Shown: positions 17,652 to 29,049 of the stretch, in pieces | Layout of the letters: each line of letters begins with the position of its first letter | Position numbering within the stretch: position 1 is the stretch's first letter | Origin: a virus | Direction: 5' to 3' (one strand) | Length of the DNA stretch: 64,000 bases | IMG/VR virus record: IMGVR_UViG_3300037549_000096 | The notes under the pieces: generated by a model | Seen by the model: only the letters and a program-made list of their open reading frames with translations | The model's database searches: none | Told to the model about the DNA's origin: nothing | Translations under genes and position numbers: made by a program

Positions 17652-20600
17652 GGTCTTTCCTTTAAATATTTTTCAAACATTAATTGTGTCCAAGCTAAAG
17701 AAGATTTTAATGTTCCTTTTGTAAAAACAGTATGACGAATTTTATCAGTTCCACGTTCATTGAAAAATACATCAGATTTTAAATCATGAATATATTTAAC
17801 ATGATATTTACCGCGAAATGAAGTATCTTGATAAAATCCATTATCAATAAGAATTTTTTGATTACCTACTGGTAAATGTAGAAAATCTGATAATAAATTT
17901 TTACTTTCTATTTTATGTTTTATTCTGGTCATTTTTAACCTCTTTTTTATCAGAAGTAGCCAAAACATGTTCCGCAGTTTTAGCAATAATTTCAGACCAA
18001 CGTTTAATTTCAACAACTACCTTTTCAAACTTAATTTTCTTCATGTTTAGACCTTTCAGCTACTCTATTATAAACTGATAAACTACTAGTAGAAAATCCA
18101 CAATCAACAAATTTATTAGGAAAATTTTCTTGAAGAAATGCTTCAAATCTTGTTCTTAAATCTTGTGATTCATCCCAGTTGTTAAAAGCGAATTCATCAT
18201 TATTACCTAATCCATTAAAATAACCTAGATTAGTATTGTATGAATCAATGTCTGTATTTGATCTAAATTCATTACAAAAAGCATCGTATTGATTTAAAAA
18301 TTCTGGACTAAACATTAATCTCTCCCATATTTGCAGACTGTTTTTTCGATTGCGTTAAGAACCATTTCACTACCAATTGTATTCATCATAGCTTTATCTA
18401 AAGCTTCACTAACATCGAAATTAAGACCAAAATCTTCAACTCTAATCCATACTACAGTTTTACCAACTCTAATTGGTTGTGAATCCTTGGACTCACATTT
18501 ATGAGAAGCATATAAAGCGATAGCCATTAATCACCTACTTTAAATACAACTTTTAAAGTTGTGCCATTAGGAAATTCAACCAAAGAACCTTCTTCTAATG
18601 TTTTTTCTATTTCATCTAAAGCATCATAGGTTGGTAATGATATTTTTTGATAATTGTCTGTATGGATTCCTCGTGTTTGTAATTGTGCAACTAATATTTG
18701 ACCTAACATTATTGGCATTAAATCTCCTTTTGTATAACCGTATCTTTAATTCTTTTAAGTTCTTCTAATTCACTTGTTTTAATAATAGAATATCCAGGTA
18801 CATGTAATTTAGATATGTTCATTACAGGTTTACAAGCAGACCATGATTCTGGACTTGTTAATAATTCTTCTGGAATACCTAATATTTCTGCAAATTTTTG
18901 AGTTTGATTTAATTCTTTCATAGCCTTATTAGTTATATCTTCAGCCCAAGCCATGGCTTTACTTGGGTCTTTATCAGAAGCTTTTGAGGCTTCTTTAAAA
19001 TCTTCAATAACTTGTTCTTTAGTTCCAAATGGATAACAAGTCACGTTCCAAAGAAGTTCCATTAATTCTTCATCTGTATTATTAGGAAAACATTCTTTAG
19101 CGATTTGCAAGATATCTTTCATTTTATAATCCTGTAAAAGTAATTTCACAACGTTGTTCTTTTTCATCAATTTTAAAAATAAATCTATATTCTTGTTTAC
19201 GAATTTTGATAATTCTAGACCAATTAAAGGAATGTTTTGATTTATCTAATTGTGTAAATTTTAAAAATTTTTTATAAAACTTTAATTCAATTTCATCATA
19301 TTTAGACCATAAAAGCCAATAATTATTCCAAATAGGATTAATACTACCAAGTTGATCAGATAAACTAATTAATTTATTACAATCATCCCAATAATTAACG
19401 TACGGAGAATGGTTCATAAGGAGCACCCTTTTCTATCCACCAAAATGCACCACCTTCGTTCTTTTCATGAAGTAATCTTGCGTTTACTTTGTGAGTAGGT
19501 TTGTGATGTTTTGTATTTTTATTTACTGAATAGGTTTTACCTTTTAAAAGATAAACAAATTCAAGATCACGTTCCATCATTTCATTCCATAAAACCATAT
19601 TAATTTGTGAAAGAGTAGCGCGTCTAGATTGAGCAAATAGATTAGGTAAATCCTTCATTGTTTCTAGAATTCTTCGTTGTAACCAAAATTTATCATATCC
19701 ACAATATCGTGCAGTTCTGTAAGCACTACGTAATCGCTCGATAGCTTTTGTTTCTGTATTGATCGCCGCCTTTAAGGATTGCGCCATGTTCAAACTCCTT
19801 TATATATTGATCAATTAAAATTAAAAAAAGTTTAAATTGATCTATATCTTCTTCGATTTTAGTTATATCAAGAATATGATTAATTTCATCTTTCAGTCTG
19901 AAAGCATGAGTAATATTTTGAATCGTTCCTTTATTAGAAGCAAATACATATAATGAACTGCTTCCACCACCATGCCATTCATAAGCTAGATTAACGAATT
20001 GTTTTAAGGCTTCTCCCATCCGATTACCTCTTTACAGTTGTTACAAATAACTGCACAGTATTTCATTCCTAATTTTTTACGTAACCAGGATTGAACTTGA
20101 CCACGCATGAATGGTTCGCTTAAGTATTTACGACACTTAGGACAACGTTCAATATGTGTTTCATTTCTTAGTTGATCGCATTCAATCGGCATTGGAACCC
20201 TCTACTTTAGGCCCGAATATTCTAGAGAAATTAAACACAATATCTTTTGTCTTTTCAAAAGACTTGATAGTATCTTGCATTTCACGAAACATATCTTTGA
20301 TAGCGTTAAAATATTGATATAATGTAGTTACATCAATTTCACTTCCTGGTTCAAGATGTTCTAATCCTTCTGCATCTTTACCATACATATTGTTATATAA
20401 AGTTTTTAATTCATGACTTGATACTTCCATAATATATTTTGTATTAGCATTTCCATACTTTTCTTTTTGCGATATTCCTAATACTTTCATTTCTTCCTCG
20501 GAAAGAAGTCTTCAAAGTAGTCATCATGCTTACAATTAATACACGCCTTGGCTTTAATAGGTGAATGATGATGACACCATCTACAAAATTTACGATTGAC

Positions 20601-21907
20601 CCTAACGTCATTCTTAATCTCTGCTACATTACGTAACATTACACGTAAGTTGGCCCCTGGATGATTACCGTCTGTAACATTAAATTGATCATTAAATAAA
20701 TACTTAGTATCTACTTCAACCCAGCAACCAGCAGCTTCACCTAATTTTTGACGATAACTAGAAGCTTGTGAAGATCCACCAGTTGTTACAGGTTCATCTA
20801 CAATCTTAATCATCATGCGGTTATCATGTGTACAAGTTAAAGCTACAGCGTCACCACCGATATTAATTTCATTAGGATAAGGTTTAGGGATAACTTGCAC
20901 ATACATTCCACAATACTTACAAGTGGAAGTAAAGAATCGTGGCTTATCGTAATGTGAAGCAGGAACATGTTGAACAAAGTTGCCCATTGTATGACAACGC
21001 TTTGTAGCTGACATTATTGCTTGTTCTTTTAATTTACGAATCTTGGTAGGCATTGTCGTTTGGTCCTTTATCATCTAAGACATAATTATCGGGAACAACT
21101 TTCCAATAACGAGAAGAGTTTTCATAAAATCCATTATTAATAACTTGAGCAATTCGTTCTGCATGTTCTTTTGTCATTAATGGTAAGTTTAAAAACTTTT
21201 CCATTGGGTAATCACGACCAAAATTATCAGTTTCCACTATTCGCATAGAATTTCCATTCAGTAGAATTACGATTCCAGTTATTTAGAAGTTCATAAAACT
21301 TTTGAATACAATCAGAAGCCATGAACACTTTTTGATGAAAGGTTTCTTTTGTCTTCATATGTATTATCTTATATTCACACAAATAGCCATTTGTATGTTT
21401 AGCTAGTTCTTCATCATGTGTATATCGAATATCATTTTCTTTAACGTAATCTGGATGAGTTATGTTAGACATTTGTTTTAACCTTGATGCCTAAAAATGC
21501 TGCATGATCATTTAAATCAATATCGTTTTCAAAAGGACCATAAGTAGCTACAATTTTTTTAGAAGTAGTGTCAATGTGAAGTAAAAATAAACGTTTTACC
21601 ATACCGCACAGATTAGGATTAGGATGAACAGGATCATGTAATAATCCCCAAACTTTCTTTCCTTCAATTACGCCAATGTATTCATGCTTCTTTGTCATTT
21701 TTGCCCCTTACATTTATTTTGAATAATTGTATTGTTACCAATTTCGTTATCATTAATATCAAGTAACATTTTACATTTTTTACATTGTGATCTATGATAA
21801 TTCGGATTCATTGTAGAATATGGTTTCCAAAATCGTTCCATTTCATGACCCTGTATTTCTGCGGCCAATTTAGCTAATCGTTTAAATTCTCTAATGACGG
21901 TCGGCAT
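17648..21907 (-). other. Run of about 15 small hypothetical early genes
   Basis: Abutting or overlapping minus-strand ORFs of 43-195 aa. No family recognised with confidence. Confidence 0.75.
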
Positions 21908-22632
21908 AATGGATCATCCTTAATTAAATTGTTAGAAATTTTAGTCATATGTATAATAAAATCTTCATAATTCATTTCTCTTTTCATATAATTACATAAT
22001 GTGCAACAAGTTACACAATTATTTAAAATATACCCTAATGTATTATCTTTACGATCTATTCCATTAAAATATATTTCATTTGTAGAATTATGAAGTTTTA
22101 ATTGACGTTTAGGTTCGTCGCCACAATAAAAACATTTATCTTTACAAAATAATAAAAACTCTTCTTTATTTAGAGTAAATTCTAGATTTTTAGAAGAAGC
22201 GTTTCTTTTATATCCGTCAAATAATTTATTCCAACCTGCTAGATTATTTTCTAATCTATGTCCTTTTCCTATATTTTCAGCAGTTAAGCAACCACAATGA
22301 GTAGTGGATTTTCTTTGTATATTTTTACCTAATGCTTCTTTAGTATTACCACAATCACATTGACATAACCAATATTGTTCTCTAGATGTATTTTTATGTA
22401 ATTTTTTAATCACTACCAAATTACCTGATCTTGAACCAATAAGATTAGTTGTTCTACAGTCTTTACATTGAGTTCTATTACCAGCGTTTAATTGAAATGT
22501 CTCTACCGTTACTTCATTCCCACAATCACATTTACATAGCCATGCTCGTTTACCTTCTTTATTTTCCGCTACACATAAAGCTGTAAGTTTACCAAAACGT
22601 TTATTGGTTAAATCATCAGGTAATCCAGTCAT
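21874..22632 (-). CDS. HNH homing endonuclease with two WLCxCDCG modules
   Basis: DLTNKRFGKL..WLCKCDCG twice, then CFYCG..NGIDRKDNTLGY..NCVTCCTLCNYMK. Confidence 0.9.
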   Translation of the reverse strand: MTGLPDDLTNKRFGKLTALCVAENKEGKRAWLCKCDCGNEVTVETFQLNAGNRTQCKDCRTTNLIGSRSGNLVVIKKLHKNTSREQYWLCQCDCGNTKEALGKNIQRKSTTHCGCLTAENIGKGHRLENNLAGWNKLFDGYKRNASSKNLEFTLNKEEFLLFCKDKCFYCGDEPKRQLKLHNSTNEIYFNGIDRKDNTLGYILNNCVTCCTLCNYMKREMNYEDFIIHMTKISNNLIKDDPLCRPSLENLND

Positions 22633-22634
22633 TT

Positions 22635-23006
22635 CTACCCCTTATTAATCGTAAGTAAATAGAAAGGTTTATTTAGTCTTTGCATAATTTCTAACATATT
22701 TAAAGTTCCTTTACTGTATCCATCATGAATCAAAATTGCTGCATCTGCATAATCCCCCATATCTCTATTACGTTTAAATCCCGCTGTTCTATCTGTTACT
22801 GTTCTATGATTAATAACTTTTTTCCATTCAGGTATGAATTGTGTAATTGGAATTTTATTACGATATGCCCAATTTTCACCTAATCTATCAATTCCAGGCG
22901 CACCACCTGAAACTTCTTCAGTAATAATGAAACCAGAATGAGTAATGGCTAACTCTACGTGCTTGATATCTGTAATCCCTCTTGAACCCGCGATGATTAC
23001 AATCAT
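22635..23006 (-). CDS. SLOG superfamily (YspA/DUF2493-like) protein
   Basis: VIIAGSR, VSGGAPGID, AGFKRNRDM, SKGT motifs. Confidence 0.8.
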   Translation of the reverse strand: MIVIIAGSRGITDIKHVELAITHSGFIITEEVSGGAPGIDRLGENWAYRNKIPITQFIPEWKKVINHRTVTDRTAGFKRNRDMGDYADAAILIHDGYSKGTLNMLEIMQRLNKPFYLLTINKG

Positions 23007-24766
23007 AGATCCATTGCCTTTATTCTAAATAAATATTTACCAATTGGATAATTTGTTGTATGAGCGATTGTGGTTAATGGTTCAGTAGGACTAGTGGTTA
23101 TAGTTATGTTGTTATTTCCAATTTCAAAAACAATAGCAAAACAAAGATTATTTTTATCATCACAATACAAACATTTTAAATCTCTTTCTATTTCGTCAAT
23201 GTGTAATGGAATTAATAGTTTCATATTGATCCGGCCTCCTTGGAACGTTGCAATCAAATTGTTTAATATGCTCTACCTATTCCATTCCAGCATAAAATGG
23301 ATTGCTCACATTAGTGCTCTATCACGTTGAGACAGTTGTTCGATTAACATGGTAAATCCATACACAAATTCATCCATGCGTCAGGCTTTTGTTCTCTAGC
23401 TTGTTTAACTGCATCATATTTTTCAAACATTTCAATAACACGATTCTTAGATACACCTTTGAAAAATCCAATTTCTTCAGAAGGTTCATCACATAATTTA
23501 TATTGTTCAGAAGTCATATCAAAATATTGAGCAAAATATCCATTACAAGGTGCATCAAAACCAAAGATAATGCAATGATTATCATCAATTACTACTTTAT
23601 TTCGTCCCATATTATGATTCCTTAAGCCACATATCAGATTTAAGAACAATTAATTTAGTTCCACCTTCAAATTCAGGTACGTCAACTAAACAATCTGTTT
23701 CATTAACTTCTACAATAGTACCATCACCACAAACTCTTACACCCCATTCCTCGCTGTCTGTATCAATATGAACTAATTGACCTGTTTCAAAATCATCATC
23801 ATACTTAAAAACATCTTTTAATTCTTCACCTTCTACTTCAAGATAAGGATCACCGTCTTGAAAACCATCACAATCAAACAAGTTTTTATTAATAAGAAGA
23901 TTCGTAGCTTTATAGGCTTCGTCTTTTAAGGTAATAATTACTTCTTGATTAAGTTCCTGTGGAGTCATTTTTAAAATTTGTTTACCTAGATCAGCCCATT
24001 TCATGATTTATCCTTTCAGTAATGCACTTGTCATAATAACATTAAGATTTCCATTAAATAATGGAAAACCCATTTCAGCTAATTTTAAAATATTTGTACT
24101 TTCTCTTGATCGAACACAAATTCTTCCATCATCTAAAATATGTAAAAGAGGAACATCATTTGCATAAAGAGTAGGTAATTTAGCGCCATAATATTCATCT
24201 AATACTAAAGTTATTACAATTGGTTTAATTACTGGTTCTTCTTTTAAAACAAATCTCATATTAATCTCCAAGATATTTAATATCAACATCTTTCATCATT
24301 TTTAATTGTTTACCAAACTTAGTATCAATTACAAAATGTTTATCTGAAGTTGAAAAGTCAAGTGCGTCCTGATTATCATTTGTACCAAAAATACAACCCT
24401 TATCAATATCTACAATATAATAACGATAAAGTTTATCTATTGCTTCCATACGTATTCTTAATGCAATTAATTCATTTGCGACAGTAGAATTAGCTTCTAC
24501 TAATTTACCATCAACGAACATAGTTACCATTACCATTATATGTCCTATTAAGCCTCCCTACTCCTAAGAATAGGGAGGCGATTTAACTTAATTTAATAAG
24601 GCCAAGAGCGAAGTTTAAGAATTAAATCTAACCTATCTTCAGCTTTTTCTACTACCATAAAGAAATGATTGTGACAAGTTGTGTCTTTTTCTTGAAGTTC
24701 TACTTCACAATCTCCTGTTTGAATTAAAGTTGTTTCTAGTTCTTTAATTACTTTTGAAAGTAACAT
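23003..24766 (-). other. Run of small hypothetical genes (includes an untracked 57-aa ORF at 24593-24766)
   Basis: Coupled ORFs with SD-like sequences. Confidence 0.65.
24552..24579 (-). terminator. Stem-loop (terminator or processing site)
   Basis: Minus strand gcctccctattc-ttag-gagtagggaggc, then tt. U-tract is short. Confidence 0.55.
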
Positions 24767-24768
24767 AG

Positions 24769-25770
24769 TTAATCCAAACTAAATGTAGTTACATTAGTAG
24801 CTGCCTTAGTTCTTGCTCCTACCATAGCAAAAGCCTTATCCCAAGCCTTTTGCTTGAAATCAGCACCACTACCGAAGATAACACAATCAGTTGGATCTTT
24901 ACCAAGCTTAGGCATTGTGTAATCCGCAAATTCTACAGCCGCTTGAACAGGCCACCAAGCCGTTCCCTTAACACCAGGAAGTTCTACACCCTTTCCATTC
25001 GCCATATAACCATCGAATGCATCAATTTTCTTAGTACGAATGGTACGTCCACGACCTTCAGCAACATCTTTTTCTTCACCAAAGAGTGCATTTTTATACA
25101 TATTAATAAAATCATCATCAATAATAAACTTTCCAAGTTCATGACACTTATCACCCATGAGCGTAAAGTAATCATTCATTTCTTTCATAATTTTACCAGC
25201 TTCTTCAAGCCGATCTTCAGCGTTAAGTGTATGACGAACCTTAACGATTTGAGTAGAACCTTTACCAAGAGCCATGTTCAATGTATTCTGACATACAACT
25301 CTTATAGGAGTAAACATTACCTGACAAGGACTCGAACCATCATGTGAATTCATTAACATGATATATTGTTCAATCTTATCACCGGCTATTGGAGAGAAAC
25401 TTTTTGGTAATTTAGCTAAAAGCCAGATTCTTTCTCCATCGCCTAAAGCTCCAGCGGTTTGATAAATAGCACCAGCTTCTCCGCCAATAAGAGAATCAAA
25501 AAAATCGAAAGCACGAACATTTTGAATAATTTCATATCTTGCACCAACTACTCCTAATACTTTATTATTATCTGTATTAATTGTAGCAAAACCACCCTTA
25601 CAAAGAGAACCGTCTTGTCTAAGTAATTGTTCTTTAATAACCATGTATCCAAGATCAGCCATTTCAATTGCTTGTGCTGCTGTCATAGCTCCTTCACAAT
25701 GTTTTCCTAATTGGTGCCACGGTTCAGATCCGGTATAGGCCATAGTATCATTATAGAGGTTATGAGCCAT
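24769..25770 (-). CDS. DUF932 family (TIGR03299-like) phage/plasmid protein
   Basis: MAH..MAY..PWHQLG, LGVVG.RY...QN, TAGALGDGERIWLLA, NSHDGS, TPIRVVCQNTL, GTAW. Confidence 0.9.
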   Translation of the reverse strand: MAHNLYNDTMAYTGSEPWHQLGKHCEGAMTAAQAIEMADLGYMVIKEQLLRQDGSLCKGGFATINTDNNKVLGVVGARYEIIQNVRAFDFFDSLIGGEAGAIYQTAGALGDGERIWLLAKLPKSFSPIAGDKIEQYIMLMNSHDGSSPCQVMFTPIRVVCQNTLNMALGKGSTQIVKVRHTLNAEDRLEEAGKIMKEMNDYFTLMGDKCHELGKFIIDDDFINMYKNALFGEEKDVAEGRGRTIRTKKIDAFDGYMANGKGVELPGVKGTAWWPVQAAVEFADYTMPKLGKDPTDCVIFGSGADFKQKAWDKAFAMVGARTKAATNVTTFSLD

Positions 25771-26024
25771 TTAATTGTTCCTTTGAAAGTAGATAGTTAT
25801 TTAACCAAGGATTAATCTTTTTAGAAACTATTTCATCATATTGTTGTTGTAAATCTGATGGAATAATTCTACTATTTGCTATTAGATGGTTTTACTTCAA
25901 AATTATCGCCACATTTACATTTTACTATCCAGTTATAACTTCCTCCCGTACGATTCTCATCAACTGGTTCAAGTATCTTACAGTTGTTGAAAACTTGTCC
26001 CTTCCAGTTGATGAGTCTCGGCAT
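25760..26024 (-). pseudogene. Internally deleted relic of an HNH endonuclease paralogous to 15289-16374
   Basis: N-part MPRLINWKGQVFNNCKILEPVDEN..WIVKCKCG is joined out of frame to C-part IANSRIIPSDLQQQYDEIVSKKINPWLNNYL (compare IANNRIIPQNLLDEYNEIVKTKIEPWLDNYL). Confidence 0.9.
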
Positions 26025-26027
26025 ATT
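25953..26027. repeat. 75-bp dispersed direct repeat (other copy 16303-16377)
   Basis: 72/75 identical by manual alignment, offset 9650 bp. Confidence 0.92.
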
Positions 26028-26616
26028 ACTCCTTTGGATACACTCCTAAAAGTTGTATCAAACTCCACGGAATAAATTCATCTAACCCTAATTGGTTCGC
26101 ATAATATTCTATAACTCTGATAGCTTCTTTTTCAGTATCCACATTCTCAGCTTCAATTTCAACAAATGAAGCTTCGTCATATAAATCTGACTTTGAAGAG
26201 AAAATACGCTGTCTTTTTTTGTCATATTTATATGCGCCTTTTTTAATGTGATGGATAATAGTCTGACTAATAACAGCATCAGGCATACGCCATACTTTAA
26301 TATATTGTTTAAATTCAATCTTCATTTCCCATTTTGCAATTTTAACAAATTCAAGATAATCTTGAATATTAGAATTAGGAGTACGAAGATTAACTTCTGT
26401 TCTTACAAGATTATCTTTAAAATATGTTTTAGCTGTCATTTCAGGAAAGCCGCGATGTGAATCATCACGAATTCTGATCAATCCACCAGGGACTTCATAA
26501 TAACGATCATGTGAAAGACTTCCAAAATACTCTTTACAATTATCAAAAAGAACGGCTTCATTCAATGTGATATCATAAGGAATGTGATACTTACGTTCAA
26601 TTTCAATGTTTCGCAT
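26026..26616 (-). CDS. CYTH-domain (triphosphate tunnel metalloenzyme) protein
   Basis: EIERKY, DRYY, IRIR, MTAK, RTEVN, FVEIE motifs. Confidence 0.85.
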   Translation of the reverse strand: MRNIEIERKYHIPYDITLNEAVLFDNCKEYFGSLSHDRYYEVPGGLIRIRDDSHRGFPEMTAKTYFKDNLVRTEVNLRTPNSNIQDYLEFVKIAKWEMKIEFKQYIKVWRMPDAVISQTIIHHIKKGAYKYDKKRQRIFSSKSDLYDEASFVEIEAENVDTEKEAIRVIEYYANQLGLDEFIPWSLIQLLGVYPKE

Positions 26617-27205
26617 GTAATTGTAGCCTCAACTCCTCACGAAGTTCTTCATAATCAGGAAAAGAAAGAATCTCTTTCTTTCCAGAGATTTGATCAAACT
26701 TCTCAATAATGAATTCTGATTTAATTGCAAAATAATTCATTCGTGTTATCTCTGTCTTCTCTGAGATAACGTTTTTCTTTTGTTCATGATCATAAGAAAT
26801 TAAATAAGAAATAATCTTACGCCCATTTTGAATGAATTGGGAGAGATTCTTAGGTTTCATAAATTTAACAATGTTCTCTATATGCGTGATAACCGCGCCA
26901 TGAATAGGTGTGGCATCATTCAAATATACTTCTAATGCTTTACCGGCAATGATTGGAACGTCATCATTATCGTCTGAAGGATTGCTAGACGGAGAAGATG
27001 AAGGGCTGCCCGAATTTTTATTAGCAAGATACCTCGTTCCTCTCTTTTCACCAGTCTTCGTTAGATAGTTTTTATTCAATCCGTCAGAAATTAGGTTACG
27101 AACTTCTTCCTTATCCTCAATCTCCAAATATCCTTGAATTTCAGAGAATGACGTTCCTTCTGGTCTGGTTTTAACGAAATCAATTAAGTCAGATAACAGG
27201 CTCAA
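26603..27205 (-). CDS. Winged-helix domain protein
   Basis: N-terminal wHTH ending LTKTGEKRGTRY. Confidence 0.7.
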   Translation of the reverse strand: MSLLSDLIDFVKTRPEGTSFSEIQGYLEIEDKEEVRNLISDGLNKNYLTKTGEKRGTRYLANKNSGSPSSSPSSNPSDDNDDVPIIAGKALEVYLNDATPIHGAVITHIENIVKFMKPKNLSQFIQNGRKIISYLISYDHEQKKNVISEKTEITRMNYFAIKSEFIIEKFDQISGKKEILSFPDYEELREELRLQLHAKH

Positions 27206-28340
27206 CTATAGCTCCTTTCGTTAATTCAAACATTTTTTCACATACTTCTTCTGCATTTTCACTAGTAGTAATTACTTTAACACCGCCTTGTAAAGCATTA
27301 ACAGTACGCAATTCATATTTTTGTGTATCGTTAATAAAGATAATATAAACAGCAGAATTGAAATGTAAAAGTTTGCTTAGTTCATCGATTGGTTGAAAAG
27401 AAAGTCTTTCTTCTTTCTTTTCTTCACGAACTTCTTTAGTAATAGTATCAGCTTTAGAAACTGGAACGTCTTTATGGATATATCGTGAAGTTTTCTTTAC
27501 ACCTTCATGATAAATCTCACCTTCTTCTTCAAGTTCTCTAAGTGCTAGAACGATATCAGTTCTTGCAGTATTGAACTTTTCAATAAGTTGAGGAACAGTT
27601 ACAACTTTAGACGTTGCGATAAATTCTAAAACATTTTGTTTTAAAATTGTATCAGCCTTAGCTTCATCTTCCGTTGTTTCTTCGTCCTCAATACTCATTA
27701 CTTCAAAATAAGCATATTCAGTAGAACGTCTTTCTCCACGAATCTGAATTTCGCCATCATCCATTAATCCGTACAATGCTTGACGAATTTCGTAAGGACT
27801 TGCATCTAAAATAGAATCAAGTTCACTACGCTTGAACCATCTTGGATTAGCTTTAGCGAAGTCAAGAATTTTAGTATTTAATTCTTGATTAATTTCTGGA
27901 GCAACTTCTTCATCTGGTAATTCACTATGTTGTGACCAAATAGAAGATTTTCCATGACCATGAAGATGAATGACACCTTTCTCATCACGCAGGAAAATTA
28001 AAATTTTCCTGAGTATATGTTCTTGATGTTGAGGAAACTTTGTAAATAAATCTGAAGAAGAAAAATCTTTAAGACTTAATACAAATTCTTCAACCTCTTG
28101 AATAAGTTTAGGACTAAGTTCTTCTTCTTTTTCAGCATCATTTAAATTAGGATTTGTAGAATAAAAAGTTCCTCTTTTTACTCCATAAGAGAATACTTTC
28201 TTTTCTTCTACAAGTTCTTTAATAGATTCTTTAATAATATTAAAAGGGACGGCTGGAAAATAACCAGCAGCGTCCCTTGAGGTAAATGATGTTGTATCTT
28301 TTATACTATTTAAAACCGCAATAGCGATTTTACTTGTCAC
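27189..28340 (-). CDS. Protein with four tandem winged-helix modules
   Basis: About 70-aa repeats ending GVKRGTFY, GHGKSSIW, GERRSTEY and GVKKTSRY, with acidic linkers. Confidence 0.75.
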   Translation of the reverse strand: MTSKIAIAVLNSIKDTTSFTSRDAAGYFPAVPFNIIKESIKELVEEKKVFSYGVKRGTFYSTNPNLNDAEKEEELSPKLIQEVEEFVLSLKDFSSSDLFTKFPQHQEHILRKILIFLRDEKGVIHLHGHGKSSIWSQHSELPDEEVAPEINQELNTKILDFAKANPRWFKRSELDSILDASPYEIRQALYGLMDDGEIQIRGERRSTEYAYFEVMSIEDEETTEDEAKADTILKQNVLEFIATSKVVTVPQLIEKFNTARTDIVLALRELEEEGEIYHEGVKKTSRYIHKDVPVSKADTITKEVREEKKEERLSFQPIDELSKLLHFNSAVYIIFINDTQKYELRTVNALQGGVKVITTSENAEEVCEKMFELTKGAIVEPVI

Positions 28341-29029
28341 AAGCCTTTCTCCTTATAAAACTTCACTCGTTCCATTACACGAATAGGATAACTCATGTTA
28401 GGAGTATTGACTCTTGTGTCTTTTTTACCATAGAGAAGACCCGTGTTAGCTTGTCCCCAAAAATAACTATGAAGACTTATTTCATACGAATCTTCTTTTT
28501 CATAACCCGCTTCCATATGAGCCGCATGTAAATCAGCTAAAAATGAAATACCAACAATTACGTTGGCGACAGGATCAAATAAACTATTTTCTTTATAATC
28601 AATTCGTTCTAGTCTTAAATATGGTCGAGCAGTTGAGGGTAGTATTTGCATCAAACCTTTTGCGTTTGCTTCGGATACTACTTCAGGATTCCAACCACTT
28701 TCTACATCAATAAGACCACAAATCAAAGATACATCCATTTTTTTTAGATCACAAATTGAAATGATTGTTTGAGTTAAAAGCACTTTTGTTTTAATGGTTG
28801 CTTTAGCCCCAATCCTTTCATCAATGATTTTTAAAAGAGTTGTTTGTTGAGAACTTTTCAAAGCAAAAGCTTGAATCACTTTATTTGATGTTACTACTTC
28901 ATCAACTTTTTGATTCATCTTATAAAAACCAAATACCACTCCACCAGCTATTAAAAGAATGATAAGAATTAAATTAACTAAAGTTCCTATGCTCTTAGGA
29001 TGAGAAGATTTAGTAATTTCTTCACTCAT
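28337..29029 (-). CDS. Membrane-anchored lytic transglycosylase (SLT domain)
   Basis: LIDVESGWNPEVVS, AKGLMQILPSTA, LFDPVANV. N-terminal TM helix. Start moved to 29029 (AGGAG RBS). Confidence 0.88.
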   Translation of the reverse strand: MSEEITKSSHPKSIGTLVNLILIILLIAGGVVFGFYKMNQKVDEVVTSNKVIQAFALKSSQQTTLLKIIDERIGAKATIKTKVLLTQTIISICDLKKMDVSLICGLIDVESGWNPEVVSEANAKGLMQILPSTARPYLRLERIDYKENSLFDPVANVIVGISFLADLHAAHMEAGYEKEDSYEISLHSYFWGQANTGLLYGKKDTRVNTPNMSYPIRVMERVKFYKEKGL

Positions 29030-29049
29030 TATTACTCCTACAATAAAGG

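Noticed and set aside
23240-23300. tRNA (GGTAGAGCA and GTTCCA on the minus strand)
   Set aside because: I could not build an acceptor stem, anticodon arm or T-stem.
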